Assembly: GCA_045593965.1 (NCBI GenBank)
Contig: JAZNXP010000124.1
Coordinates: 1 to 53,002 of the forward strand
Source: Eubacteriales bacterium
GTDB lineage: Bacteria; Bacillota; Clostridia; Oscillospirales; CAG-272
Length of the DNA: 53,002 nt
Reading direction: 5' to 3'
The notes below the pieces were generated by a model. That model searched no databases, was not told where the DNA came from, and saw only the letters and a program-made list of their open reading frames with translations. Positions 18,475-28,700 of the stretch are shown here, one piece after another. The number at the start of each line of letters is the position of its first letter. The stretch's first letter is position 1. A program made the position numbers and the translations under genes.

Positions 18475-19836
18475 ATGAAACGTAAGCAATTTGCGGCAAT
18501 GCTTTGCCTTCTGCTGGCATTTGTGTTCGTGCTTTCCGCTTGCGACAGCGGCTCGTCCGAGGAGGAGCTGTTTGGATCGACGGCGGCAAAAACGACCAAA
18601 GCAACGACGGCAACCACAGCTCCTCCCGTTGAGGATGACCCCATTCCCACCAACTTAACTGCCGAAATTCTGGAGTCCAATCTTCCGATCGGACATTTGA
18701 CTCCCGATAAGGCGATCACCGTTCCGATCGACGATAAGGAAAGCATCACGCTGAATTATCAGGGCTGGCCCACGATCTGCAAGGGTGAGGGCGATACGCT
18801 TTATGCCGTTTCCTCTCTCCGCATCGCACACGTCGACCCCTTCGGCGCGATCTGCTTCTATGAAAGTCACGACGGCGGTGTGACCTGGTCGGATCCCCGC
18901 ATCATCATCGATACCCCTCTGGATGACCGTGACGCGGGCGTTGTTTACCTCGGAAATAACAGATTGCTCGTTTCCTGGTTCACGCATGATACCCCCGGTT
19001 ATTTTGAAAACACCGACCCAACGTGGACGAAGTGGCACAACATGGTTTCCTCCGATCAGAAAAAGGCGTTGACAAACAAATGGAATCAGCTGGATGCAAC
19101 GCAGAGGATCGGTCAATCCTATACCGCGATCTCCACGGACGGAGGACTTACCTGGTCCGAGCCCTCTGCCGTTCCCGTAACGGCACCTCACGGTCCCACG
19201 CTCGGAAACGACGGCAGAACCCTGATGTATATCGGCGCGTTGAAAAATCCGAAATCCTGCGGCTTTGAGGATATGAAGGCTTATAACCTTTACGTGATCA
19301 AAAGCACGGACTTCGGAAAGAGCTGGAAGGTCGAGGCAGAGCTTCCTTTCCCTTATAAATCCACCAACGGAAGCGGAGAAAAATTCATTTTCGGTGAGCC
19401 TTACATTCTGCAGCTCCGTGACGGCAGCTACATTGCGGCTGCGCGCGGACAGTGGGGATATGACAATGACGCGATGCGCGTATATCTCGCGTACTCCGAT
19501 GACGGACGCAACTGGACGGATTTCAAAGAGGTGGAAGGTCTTGTCGGTGCTCCCGCGCATTTCTGCCAGACCAAATCGGGTGTTCTGATCATGTCCTATT
19601 CCTACCGCGTTTCTCCTGCAGGCTCTCGCGCACGCTTGAGCTATGACGGCGGAAAAACGTGGTCGGAGGAGATCACGCTTTGCGTTTCCGCTACGCCGAA
19701 CAACGGTGACCTTGGATATCCCTCCACGGTCGAGCTGGACGACGGCACTCTGATCACCGCGTACTATCAGCGCGTAGGGTCCGATTCGAACGCATCCTTC
19801 CTGTTCACACGCTGGAAGCTGGTGGAAGCCGAATGA
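18475..19836 (+). CDS. Lipoprotein L4, paralog of L1
   Basis: 453 aa. Lipobox VLSA|C. Blocks NYQGWPTICKGEGDTLYAVSSLRIAHVDP, SHDGGVTW, STDGGLTW, STDFGKSW and SYDGGKTW. Confidence 0.8.
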   Translation: MKRKQFAAMLCLLLAFVFVLSACDSGSSEEELFGSTAAKTTKATTATTAPPVEDDPIPTNLTAEILESNLPIGHLTPDKAITVPIDDKESITLNYQGWPTICKGEGDTLYAVSSLRIAHVDPFGAICFYESHDGGVTWSDPRIIIDTPLDDRDAGVVYLGNNRLLVSWFTHDTPGYFENTDPTWTKWHNMVSSDQKKALTNKWNQLDATQRIGQSYTAISTDGGLTWSEPSAVPVTAPHGPTLGNDGRTLMYIGALKNPKSCGFEDMKAYNLYVIKSTDFGKSWKVEAELPFPYKSTNGSGEKFIFGEPYILQLRDGSYIAAARGQWGYDNDAMRVYLAYSDDGRNWTDFKEVEGLVGAPAHFCQTKSGVLIMSYSYRVSPAGSRARLSYDGGKTWSEEITLCVSATPNNGDLGYPSTVELDDGTLITAYYQRVGSDSNASFLFTRWKLVEAE

Positions 19837-19915
19837 TCATATCGCGATAGAAGGGGGACGTTGTTCCTTCCCAACGCCGCGAACGATCTGCTTTTATCTT
19901 ACAAAGGAGATTTTT

Positions 19916-21226
19916 ATGAAACACACTTTGAAATTGATTTTGTTAGGTGTATTGGCACTCTCCATGCTTCTGTGCGCCTGCGATAATTCCTCGGACGAGA
20001 ATTTCTTCGAGAACAGCACCACGGCAAAAAAGACCACTGCGGCAACGCAGGCAACGACGGCACCGAAGCAAGAAGTCGAGATCCCGACCAACCTGACTGC
20101 GGAGATTTTTGAACACAACAAGCCCCTATCCGTTCTGACCGATAACCCTGTGGTAAGACCGATCGGAAACACGGGCGTGGATATCGAATTGACCTATCAG
20201 GCATGGCCCACGGTCTGCAAAGGAGACGGTGACACGCTTTATGCGGCATCCTCTCTGCGCCGCAATCACATCGATCCCTTTGCGGCAACCGGGTTCTACG
20301 TCAGCCATGATAACGGCAAGACATGGAGCGACGTGAAGGTCATCAATGACAGTCCCATCGACGACCGCGATACGGGTATCATTTATCTGGGTGGCGGAAA
20401 GCTGGTGGTTTCTTACTTCACCATTAGTGCAAATGATTTCAAGCCCAACGGTCAGTACGAGACGAAATGGGGTGGCTGCACCGACGAGCAGAAAAAGGCA
20501 AAGCTGAGGGAATGGAGCACCTATACCGAAGCAGAGCTTGCAGCCTTCCACGGAAGCTTCCTGCTGCTCTCCAACGATTACGGCGAGACTTGGGAAAAGG
20601 TAAAGGCACCCGTTTCCTGTCCGCACGGACCTTCGTTGATGAACGATGGCAGAACCCTGATCTATCCAGGTGTTTCCAGTACCAAGCTGTTCTTCTATAT
20701 CAGCCGTGATTTCGGCAAGAACTGGTCGCTGTATGCCGAAGTGAATATGCCCAAGCTCGATCCCGGATGCGGCTATTGGGAGCCTCACGTGATCCAGCTT
20801 TCCGACGGATCGTTCGTCGCGGGTATCCGAACGGGTGGCGATAACCGTGAGTTGGGCATTCTGATCACAACCTCGGATGATGGCAAAAACTGGACACGTC
20901 CGGAAGAGGTAGAGGGAATTGTCGGCGCACCTCCGCATTTCCTGGAATTGGATAACGGTGTGATCGTTTTGACCTTCTCTGACCGTGTCGGTCCCGACAT
21001 TGGCGCACGCGCTCGGTTGAGCTATGACAGAGGCAAGACGTGGACCGAGACCGATATCGACCTCAGCTTCCACACCAGCTCCAGAAATTCCGACCAAAGC
21101 TATCCTTCCACGGTTCAGCTGGATGACGGAAGCCTGATCACGATCTACTATCAGGCATACGCGAACGATCCAAACGCTTCCGTGCTTTATACCAGATGGC
21201 GTCTGAACGAGGTCGAGGGAGAATAA
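19916..21226 (+). CDS. Lipoprotein L5, paralog of L1
   Basis: 436 aa. Lipobox LLCA|C. Blocks TYQAWPTVCKGDGDTLYAASSLRRNHIDP, SHDNGKTW, SNDYGETW, SRDFGKNW and SYDRGKTW. AAGGAG RBS. Confidence 0.8.
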   Translation: MKHTLKLILLGVLALSMLLCACDNSSDENFFENSTTAKKTTAATQATTAPKQEVEIPTNLTAEIFEHNKPLSVLTDNPVVRPIGNTGVDIELTYQAWPTVCKGDGDTLYAASSLRRNHIDPFAATGFYVSHDNGKTWSDVKVINDSPIDDRDTGIIYLGGGKLVVSYFTISANDFKPNGQYETKWGGCTDEQKKAKLREWSTYTEAELAAFHGSFLLLSNDYGETWEKVKAPVSCPHGPSLMNDGRTLIYPGVSSTKLFFYISRDFGKNWSLYAEVNMPKLDPGCGYWEPHVIQLSDGSFVAGIRTGGDNRELGILITTSDDGKNWTRPEEVEGIVGAPPHFLELDNGVIVLTFSDRVGPDIGARARLSYDRGKTWTETDIDLSFHTSSRNSDQSYPSTVQLDDGSLITIYYQAYANDPNASVLYTRWRLNEVEGE

Positions 21227-21270
21227 CTTTTCTTCCTTTTATAAAGAGCTTCTTACAGCAATCAAAAACA

Positions 21271-21327
21271 CCCTCCGCCGTAAGCGCGACGGAGGGGAAG
21301 AAGCCCGATGCTTCCGCACGAGGAAGC
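21271..21327. repeat. Two REP-like GC hairpins in the L5-L6 spacer
   Basis: First hairpin ccctccgccg...cgacggaggg (21271-21296, one mismatch). Second hairpin gcttcc-gcacga-ggaagc (21310-21327). Same flavour as the hairpins at 1-400. Confidence 0.5.
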
Positions 21328-21381
21328 GGGGGTATGAAAAAAAGATGCTATGGAAACTTGAAAAAGCAAGGAGCTTCAATT

Positions 21382-22589
21382 ATGAAAAAATTGATTCCTG
21401 AATTTTACGTCAAAAACGAGGCGTTGGCACACCTTGTCGGGGAAAAGGCGATTCCCGTAAAGGTGGATGAGGACAACACGGTCTATCTCGATTATCAAGG
21501 CTGGCCTTCAATTTGCAAAGGTGAAGGAGATACGCTTTACGCGGCATCGTCTCTTCGCATCGCCCACGTCGATCCCTTTTCCGTGACCGCGTTCTTCAAG
21601 AGCGAGGACGGCGGAAAGACATGGAGTGAACCTAAGATCATCAACGATACTCCCACCGATGACAGGGACACGGGTATTCTTTACATGGGCAACGGCAGAT
21701 TGCTCGTGACCTTCTTCACCATTCCCCAAGGGATTTCAAAGAGGGCGGCAGCTATCAAAGAGCGTGGGGAGGCTGCTCTGAGGAGCTCAAGGCTGCAAAG
21801 CTGAAGTCCTGGGAAGCACTCACACCCGAGCAGGAGGCGGAGATCGACGGTGCGTTCATTCTTCTTTCCGAGGATTACGGCGAGACGTGGACGAAGCCCA
21901 TCCGCGTGCCGCTCACCGCGCCGCACGGTCCTTCCTTGATGCAGGACGGCAAGACGCTCCTGTTTCTCGGAAAAGCATCGTATCCCGAAAAGTATCCCGG
22001 CTTTGAGAAGATCGGATTTGGCTATCATTCCGCATTCAGCCACGATTGGGGTAGGACGTGGGAATACGGCGGAACGGTTCCGCTTCCCGAGCTCGATCAA
22101 GGCTGGGGTTATTGGGAGCCATACGCGATCCAGCTCAAAAACGGAGAATTTCTCGGTGCGATCCGCACGGGCTGTATCGACAACAGCGTGATCAAGGATA
22201 ATTCCAACCGTACGCTGGGCGTTATGATCACGCACTCCAAGGACGGCAAGGAGTGGACGATGGGAGAGAAGATCCCGAACGTCTGCGGCGCACCGCCACA
22301 CCTTCTCGAATTGCCGAACGGAGCGATCCTGCTGGTGTATTCTCACCGCCTGCCGCACTGCGGAGCGAGAGGCCGCATCAGCTACGATGGCGGATACACC
22401 TGGAGCGATGAGGAGATCATCATCAGCGAAAGCACCGATCCCAACAATTACGATCTTGGTTATCCTTCCACTGCGATGCTGGATGACGGCACACTGATCA
22501 CCACTTATTATCAGGCATACAAAAACGACAAGCATCCCTCCACGCTCTACACCAGATGGCGTTTGAACGAAACCGATGGGGATATCTGA
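21382..22589 (+). pseudogene. L6: propeller paralog lacking signal peptide and tether, interrupted by a 1-nt frameshift
   Basis: Starts MKKLIPEFYVKNEAL (AAGGAG RBS at 21368-21373), at the strand that follows the tether in the other paralogs. The first frame reads ...LLVTFFTI and then runs into nonsense and a stop at 21804. From 21723 the other frame reads SPRDFKEGGSYQRAWGGCSEELKAAKL, which aligns with L5 ISANDFKPNGQYETKWGGCTDEQKKAKL, and stays open to 22589. One missing base at ~21723/21724 (att|cccc) explains it. A sequencing error cannot be excluded. Confidence 0.55.
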
Positions 22590-22630
22590 AAATTTCCTTT
22601 TCCCCTTCCAAATCAGAAAGGAGAAAATCT

Positions 22631-24088
22631 ATGAAATTCAAAAACGTACTGACCGCAATGCTTTGCTTCCTTCTTATATGCTCCTGTCTGCTGACGTCCT
22701 GTGATCAGCAGAACGATGAAAACAAACCGAGCCAAACGACGGGGCAAACGACCGAAGCCACCACCAATCAAACAAATGAAACGACAGGAGTGACAACCGA
22801 CATGAACAACGAGACCACACAGCAAACCACGGCAGGCGGAGCGACTCCGATCCAGCCCCCCACCAATTTATACGAAAAGATCTACGTTGCGGGCAAGCCC
22901 GTATCCCGATTGCTCGATGAGCCTGTCACCGTGGAGATCGCCAACGGCGTGACGGTCGATCTGGATTATCTTGGATGGCCCAGCATCTGCGTGGATGAAA
23001 ACGACGTGATCTACGTTGCGGCGTCCTTGCGTCTGCAGCACGTTGACCCGTTGGGCGCGACCGCATTCTTCAAGAGCGAGGACGGTGGCGAGACATGGAG
23101 CAAGCCGCGCATCATCTTCGACGGCCCTTTGGATGACCGCGATGCGGGACTAATCTATCTGGGCAACGGAAAAATGCTGGTATCCTGGTTTACGCATTAC
23201 AGACACGAATATCTTGAGGGCGGCGGATACAGCAACTGGTTGAACTTCAAGGAGCTGACCCAAGAGCAAAAGGACGCGATCAAGGTGAGAATGGCAAGCG
23301 CGGAAGGGTATGAGGCGGAGAGAAGCTCCTACGTCATGCTTTCCGATGATTACGGTGAAACCTGGGGCGAGCCCATCCGTGTTCCCGTATCCACCCCCCA
23401 CGGACCTTCCTTGATGAACAACGGAGATCTGATCTACCTCGGACGTGAATGGAATTCCGCATCCTGCGGCATCCCGTTGGCGACCGTCAGCGCGACCTCG
23501 CATTACAATCCGCTTTACGCGTTCGTCAGCTCGGACGGTGGGCAGACGTGGCAATACAGATCTCACATCGCGGTTCCCAAGATCGACGGCAAGTTCTGCG
23601 AGCCGCACACGATCCAGCTTTCCAACGGACGCATCCTTTGCTCAATCCGCGTGCAGGGAAATGCAAGTGATGAAGTACCGTACGGCTTTACCGTTTACAC
23701 CTGTTATTCCGACGATAACGGAAAGACATGGACACTGCCTACGTTGATCGAGGATCTTTGCGGATCTCCTCCTCATCTGCTTGAAATGGATAACGGCGTG
23801 CTTCTGATGGTGTACGCTTGCAGATATCAGGGAAGGCAGTTCGGTCAAAAGGCAAGATTGAGCTTTGACGGCGGAGAAACGTGGTCGGACCGTGAGATCC
23901 TTCTGGATACCGCGATGGATAGCGACATCGGTTATCCCGCAACGGTACAGCTTTCGGGCGGAACGCTGATCACGATCTACTACCAGAAGTACGGATACGA
24001 TTCCAAGTGCTCGATCCTCTATACCAAGTGGAAGCTGTTCACGCCCGAGGAAATGCGAGAGCTTGAACAGCGGAAGAACAACGGCTGA
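22631..24088 (+). CDS. Lipoprotein L7, divergent paralog intermediate between lipoprotein type and giant-protein type
   Basis: From ORF 22556..24088. I start it at MKFKNVLTAM (ATG 22631, AAAGGAG RBS). Lipobox LLTS|C. The block DYLGWPSICVDENDVIYVAASLRLQHVDP shares CVDEN with the G-type domains. Confidence 0.8.
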   Translation: MKFKNVLTAMLCFLLICSCLLTSCDQQNDENKPSQTTGQTTEATTNQTNETTGVTTDMNNETTQQTTAGGATPIQPPTNLYEKIYVAGKPVSRLLDEPVTVEIANGVTVDLDYLGWPSICVDENDVIYVAASLRLQHVDPLGATAFFKSEDGGETWSKPRIIFDGPLDDRDAGLIYLGNGKMLVSWFTHYRHEYLEGGGYSNWLNFKELTQEQKDAIKVRMASAEGYEAERSSYVMLSDDYGETWGEPIRVPVSTPHGPSLMNNGDLIYLGREWNSASCGIPLATVSATSHYNPLYAFVSSDGGQTWQYRSHIAVPKIDGKFCEPHTIQLSNGRILCSIRVQGNASDEVPYGFTVYTCYSDDNGKTWTLPTLIEDLCGSPPHLLEMDNGVLLMVYACRYQGRQFGQKARLSFDGGETWSDREILLDTAMDSDIGYPATVQLSGGTLITIYYQKYGYDSKCSILYTKWKLFTPEEMRELEQRKNNG

Positions 24089-24159
24089 AGCAAGACATCC
24101 TGTGAGATAATTATGTAAGTAATTATAAATATAAACAAAATAAAGAAAGGATTTTTACC

Positions 24160-25656
24160 ATGAAAAAAGTAGTCACACTTCTGCTGTGCTTGCTGATGAT
24201 CGTTCCGCTTGTGCTTTGCGCTTGCAACAACAGTGGCGACGACGAAGGCGAGACCACGCAGGCGACAACGCTTCCCAGTGCCGAAGAGCAGGAAAAGGAC
24301 GCGACCATTGAAAACTGGTTGCCGATCCAGAGCTACGGCGTTGACGGCGGCAAGCGTCAGGTCAATATGCTGACGTGCAAGGACTATAACCGCAAGTATT
24401 ATTTCTTCCGCACCGATGACGGAAACGGCGATACGCTGGCGGCATCCTCTTACAGAAGATTTTGTAAGATGGAAGAGACCTACGACGTCGTGATGCAGAC
24501 GATCGAGCCTACCGATGGCGACATTCTGCATACGCTGTCCTCCTCCTTGATGGGACAGGGCGGTGAATACGACCTCGTATATCCCCATCCGACCTCCGAA
24601 ATGCAGGCAATTCTGGAGAACGGCTTCTACGAAAACCTTTATAACTATGAAAATATTCACTTGGAGCAGCCTTGGTGGAGTCAGAACCAGGTCAACTCCT
24701 ATACCATCGACGATAAGCTTTACATCGCCGTTTCGGATTTTTCTCTGAGCGGACAGGGCTTCATCGGTCTGATCTTCAACCGTGAGATCTATAACGATCT
24801 TCAGATTGAAGAGGATCTTTACGATCTGGTCGAAAATAACGCGTGGACGATCGCTAAGATGCGTGAGATCGTCATGAAGTACGGAACCGATTCCAACGGT
24901 GACGATAAGTACGACGAAAACGACCACTACGGATTTATCTATCAGCCCCAGCATACCAAGAATTTCTATTGGTCCTTCGGCGGAAAAATCGTTGAGAAGG
25001 ACGGCAACAACGATTATTATCTCGCAATTGATAATGATACTACCAACACCATGGCAACGGCGCTTTACAATCTTGCATACAACAGCGAGAACAAGGTGTT
25101 CGTTTCCAATCCGTGCGTATACGATACCTTCGCGGACTCCAACGGTTGGGCGATGTTCAAGAGCAGACAGGGCTTGTTTATGACCTATGACCTTGGCGGT
25201 CTGTATTCGCATCTGAACGAGATCCAATTCAAGATCGGCTATCTGCCCTACCCGAAGCTGACCGATGAGCAGACCGAGTATCCCGTTGTTTGCGCGGCAG
25301 GCTTCTTCGCAATCCCGAAGAAGGCACCCGACGCGGTAATGAGCAGCGTGCTTCTTGAGGCTTGCTCGATCTATAGCTATTCCAACTACCGTCCCACTTT
25401 CTTCAACACCATCCTTCTGGGTAGAATGTCCGAGCAGGCTGAGGACTACGCAATGCTTGAATTCCTCCACGAGAACAAGGTGTTTGACATGGGCTTTACC
25501 TTCCCCGCAGGCGGTTCCGATAACCTTCTGTATTGGGCGGTTGTCGGTGACGGCGAGCCCGGTGCTCTCGCATCCTTTATTCAGGCACGTTGGAGAGATA
25601 TGGACGATACTCTCGATTACATTGAAAACATCCGAAACGGTAAATTTGAAGGATAA
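24160..25656 (+). CDS. Extracellular solute-binding lipoprotein (ABC-type, family-1-like), no cognate permease in window
   Basis: 498 aa. Lipobox LVLCA|C followed by an acidic tether. The size and Trp/Tyr-rich two-lobe pattern (QPWWSQNQ, FYWSFGGKIV, GWAMFKSRQGLF) are typical of the ~500-aa sugar-binding lipoproteins of Firmicutes. Confidence 0.6.
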   Translation: MKKVVTLLLCLLMIVPLVLCACNNSGDDEGETTQATTLPSAEEQEKDATIENWLPIQSYGVDGGKRQVNMLTCKDYNRKYYFFRTDDGNGDTLAASSYRRFCKMEETYDVVMQTIEPTDGDILHTLSSSLMGQGGEYDLVYPHPTSEMQAILENGFYENLYNYENIHLEQPWWSQNQVNSYTIDDKLYIAVSDFSLSGQGFIGLIFNREIYNDLQIEEDLYDLVENNAWTIAKMREIVMKYGTDSNGDDKYDENDHYGFIYQPQHTKNFYWSFGGKIVEKDGNNDYYLAIDNDTTNTMATALYNLAYNSENKVFVSNPCVYDTFADSNGWAMFKSRQGLFMTYDLGGLYSHLNEIQFKIGYLPYPKLTDEQTEYPVVCAAGFFAIPKKAPDAVMSSVLLEACSIYSYSNYRPTFFNTILLGRMSEQAEDYAMLEFLHENKVFDMGFTFPAGGSDNLLYWAVVGDGEPGALASFIQARWRDMDDTLDYIENIRNGKFEG

Positions 25657-25676
25657 ACGCTCCCAAAATGGAACAG

Positions 25677-25696
25677 ACTCCGTCACGTGACGGAAT
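25677..25696. promoter_or_regulatory. Palindrome with CACGTG core upstream of G1 (candidate operator)
   Basis: ccgtcacgtgacgg (25680-25693) is a perfect 14-nt palindrome, extendable to 20 nt with one mismatch. Its centre is ~38 nt upstream of the G1 ATG. Confidence 0.3.
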
Positions 25697-25724
25697 CTGC
25701 TTCGAAGCAATTACAGGAGGATAT

Positions 25725-28700
25725 ATGAAATATCAATATCAACGCATCGTATCCCTCTTTCTTGCCTTACTGACGGTATTCACGGCGGTGTCGGTGCCTG
25801 TTTTCGCGGAGGATGCAACCGCAAACGCTTCCACGCAAGAGGCACTCGAATCGATCTACGATTCCGTTGGATATTCACAAGAGCTGGCAGAGGGACGCCG
25901 CATCGATCTGACGAACATTCCGACGCTGAACGGAGTCACAAATCCCACAGCGAGGGCGTATAAGATCGATAGCCTTGCGGCATATCAGAATTTTGTAACA
26001 CTTGTCAATAACGGAAACACCTTCTCGGGCAAGACCGTGTATCTGGCGTGCAATCTGGATCTTTCCTCGATTGCAAATCAAGCACCCATTGGATTTAACA
26101 AGGGTGCGGAGACAACGGCGAACACCTTTACGTCCACCGCGTCCGCGAAATTTTCGGGAACGCTGAACGGTCAGGGCTATGCCATCACGGGCATTTCCAT
26201 CACCAAGACGCTCGTTGACACCTGCTATTCCGCGTTCATCGGCTGGGCAGTCAACACAACCGTGACCGACCTTGTTCTCTCGGGAACGGTCGTGCATGAA
26301 AAAGGAACCTATTCGGGTTTGAACAACTTTGTCGGCACGGGCGGTCTGATCGCATGCGCGGAAGGTACGAATACGGTCGATAACGTATATTGCGACATCG
26401 ACGTCAAGGGCTTGCGCCAGACTGCGGGCTTCATCGCACGCGGCGGCGCGACGGTTACGAATTCGACCAATGCGGGCGACGTCATCGGCTCGGATTGCGC
26501 AGGCGGCTTCTTCGGCTTCGCAAGCGGAACTCTTTCGGCAACCAACTGTCTCAATACGGGACGTATGCAGGCAGGAAAGGTTGCGGGTATTCTGCCGCGC
26601 GGACGTACAACAACAACCATCGCAAATTGCGTGAACGCAGGTACGATGGTCGCTACGAACGGTGGTTATGCAGGTGGTATCGTCGGTGTGACGGATCACG
26701 CAAACGCAAAGGTCACCGTTTCGGGCTGTACCAACAGCGGACGTATCGTTTCCGACGGTCAAGCGAACGATTTCGGTACGCAGAATGAAGGTACGCTGAC
26801 GGTGGCAAGCGATAACAAATCGGTTCCTTACATTGGTTATAACGCAGAAGCATTCCTTGCGGTGGATCTGACCTCTGTTCCGAACATCACCGAATGGACC
26901 TCTTCCTCCACCGCGACGACGTATCAGATCACAAACGCGGCGGGACTGGTAAAGCTTTCCGAGATCGTCAGAGCAGGGAACAGCCTGAGCGGCAAGAAGG
27001 TCTATCTGGCAAACGATATCAACATGGCAGACGTAACGCTTCTGCCGATCGGTAAGTATGTCAATAGCGCGACGATGGAAAATCCCGCCAAAACTCCTTT
27101 CTCGGGGATCTTTGACGGACAGGGACACGCGATCAAAAATTTGAGCATGACCTTCTCCGAGGAGACCGAGGTCGGCTTTGGATTGTTCGGATTGCTCTCT
27201 TCGGCAACCGTTCGCAATCTGATCATTGATCAGAGCTGTACCTTTGAGGATACGATCAACAGCGGATATACGGGCATGGCTGCCATCGCGGGCTATTCGG
27301 AAGGCGCAACAACGATCACAAACGTGGCAACCTATGCGACCCTGACCTCCAAGGCACACGCGGCAGGTATGGTCGGACGCGGCGGTGTGGCAAGCATTAC
27401 GTACTGCGAAAACCGCGGAACGATCACCACCAACAACTGCGCAGGCGGTATGACAGCGTTCCGTGTTGGCGGCGCGATCAAAAATTGCGTGAACTACGGA
27501 ACGATCAATTCAAGTGCTGCGGGCGGTTTGATCGGACGTGTTTCGCATGCTGTGACGTATCAGGATCTTGTGAACTACGGCACGGTGCTTGCCAGCGGTT
27601 GGGCAGGCGGTATCGTGGGACGTACCATGGATAACGCTCTGACGCTGAACCGTTGCATCAACTACGGTTCCGTGAACGGTCACAACAGCGACGTGCTTGT
27701 GGATGGAATGTATACCGTTTGGACGGCAGAAGGCTGCAAGGGCAACGTCACGATGATCGAGTGCAGCAACCTCTATCGGGTCGGTTACAATGCGGCGAGA
27801 GTTGCCGACGTTCCGCTTCCCGTTTATGACATCAAGCATTACGATAGCATGGCAAAGCAGACGGCATACGTCGTCAGAGATGCCGAGGGCATGATCAAGC
27901 TTGCCGAGATCGTCAATGCGGGCAATACGCTCGCGGGTGTGACGGTCTATCTGACAAACGACGTCAACCTGTTTGGCAAAACGATGCTTCCCATCGGTAC
28001 GTCCACTCCCTTCAGCGGTACGTTCGACGGCAGAGGCTATGCGATTCGCGGACTGACGATGAAGATTGATTGCTCGGTAGAGGGCAATCCCAATCTGATC
28101 GGTCTGTTCGGATACGTCAGCCACGGCACCGTCAAAAATCTGACCGTGGATGCGACCTGCTCCTTTGTGCAGACGGGTGAGGATTCCACCTATTCGGGCT
28201 CGGCTTCCGCAATCGTTGCAAAGGCTAACGTCGTAACGGTTGAAAACGTCAAGAACCAAGCCAACGTCACGGGCATTCTGCACACGGGCGGCATTGGCGG
28301 ACGCGGCTCGATCTCCGCATCCTACTGTGTCAACACAGGTACGATCAAGGGTGCGAACAGCGCGGGCGGTATTTTCGCATACGCGACCAATGACGTTCTC
28401 GATTGCGTGAACTACGGAGACGTCTCTGCGGATAACGCAACCAACGGCGGTAAAGCAGGCGGTATTACGGGACGTCAGGAAAACGAAAACGTAAGATATA
28501 TCAACGCGTATAACCACGGTGTTGTCACCTCCGACTATATGGCAGGCGGTATCATGGGTGCCGTCAGAGTCGGTTGTTATATGCTCAACTGTGTCAACTA
28601 CGGCGTGGCGGCTCCTCTGCCGGGACACGACGTGATCACATCCAATCGCTACAACGTGGAAAAGGGCTATGCTCCCCAGTTCTCGGGCATGACCGTTTCG

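Noticed and set aside
21382-21804. Programmed ribosomal frameshift in L6.
   Set aside because: There is no slippery heptamer or downstream stimulatory structure at 21720-21730. A simple 1-nt deletion relative to the paralog alignment, or a sequencing error, is the more economical explanation.
25668-25724. N-terminal extensions offered by the ORF track. These affect G1 at 25668, G3 at 37363, A1 at 46210, L7 at 22556, L6 at 21196, the nucleoside hydrolase at 12329, ppa to 1063, the membrane protein to 3488 and DUF512 to 7051.
   Set aside because: In each case an internal ATG is preceded by a good Shine-Dalgarno sequence and begins a proper signal peptide or conserved N-terminus. The upstream residues overlap terminators, hairpins, promoters or the preceding gene.
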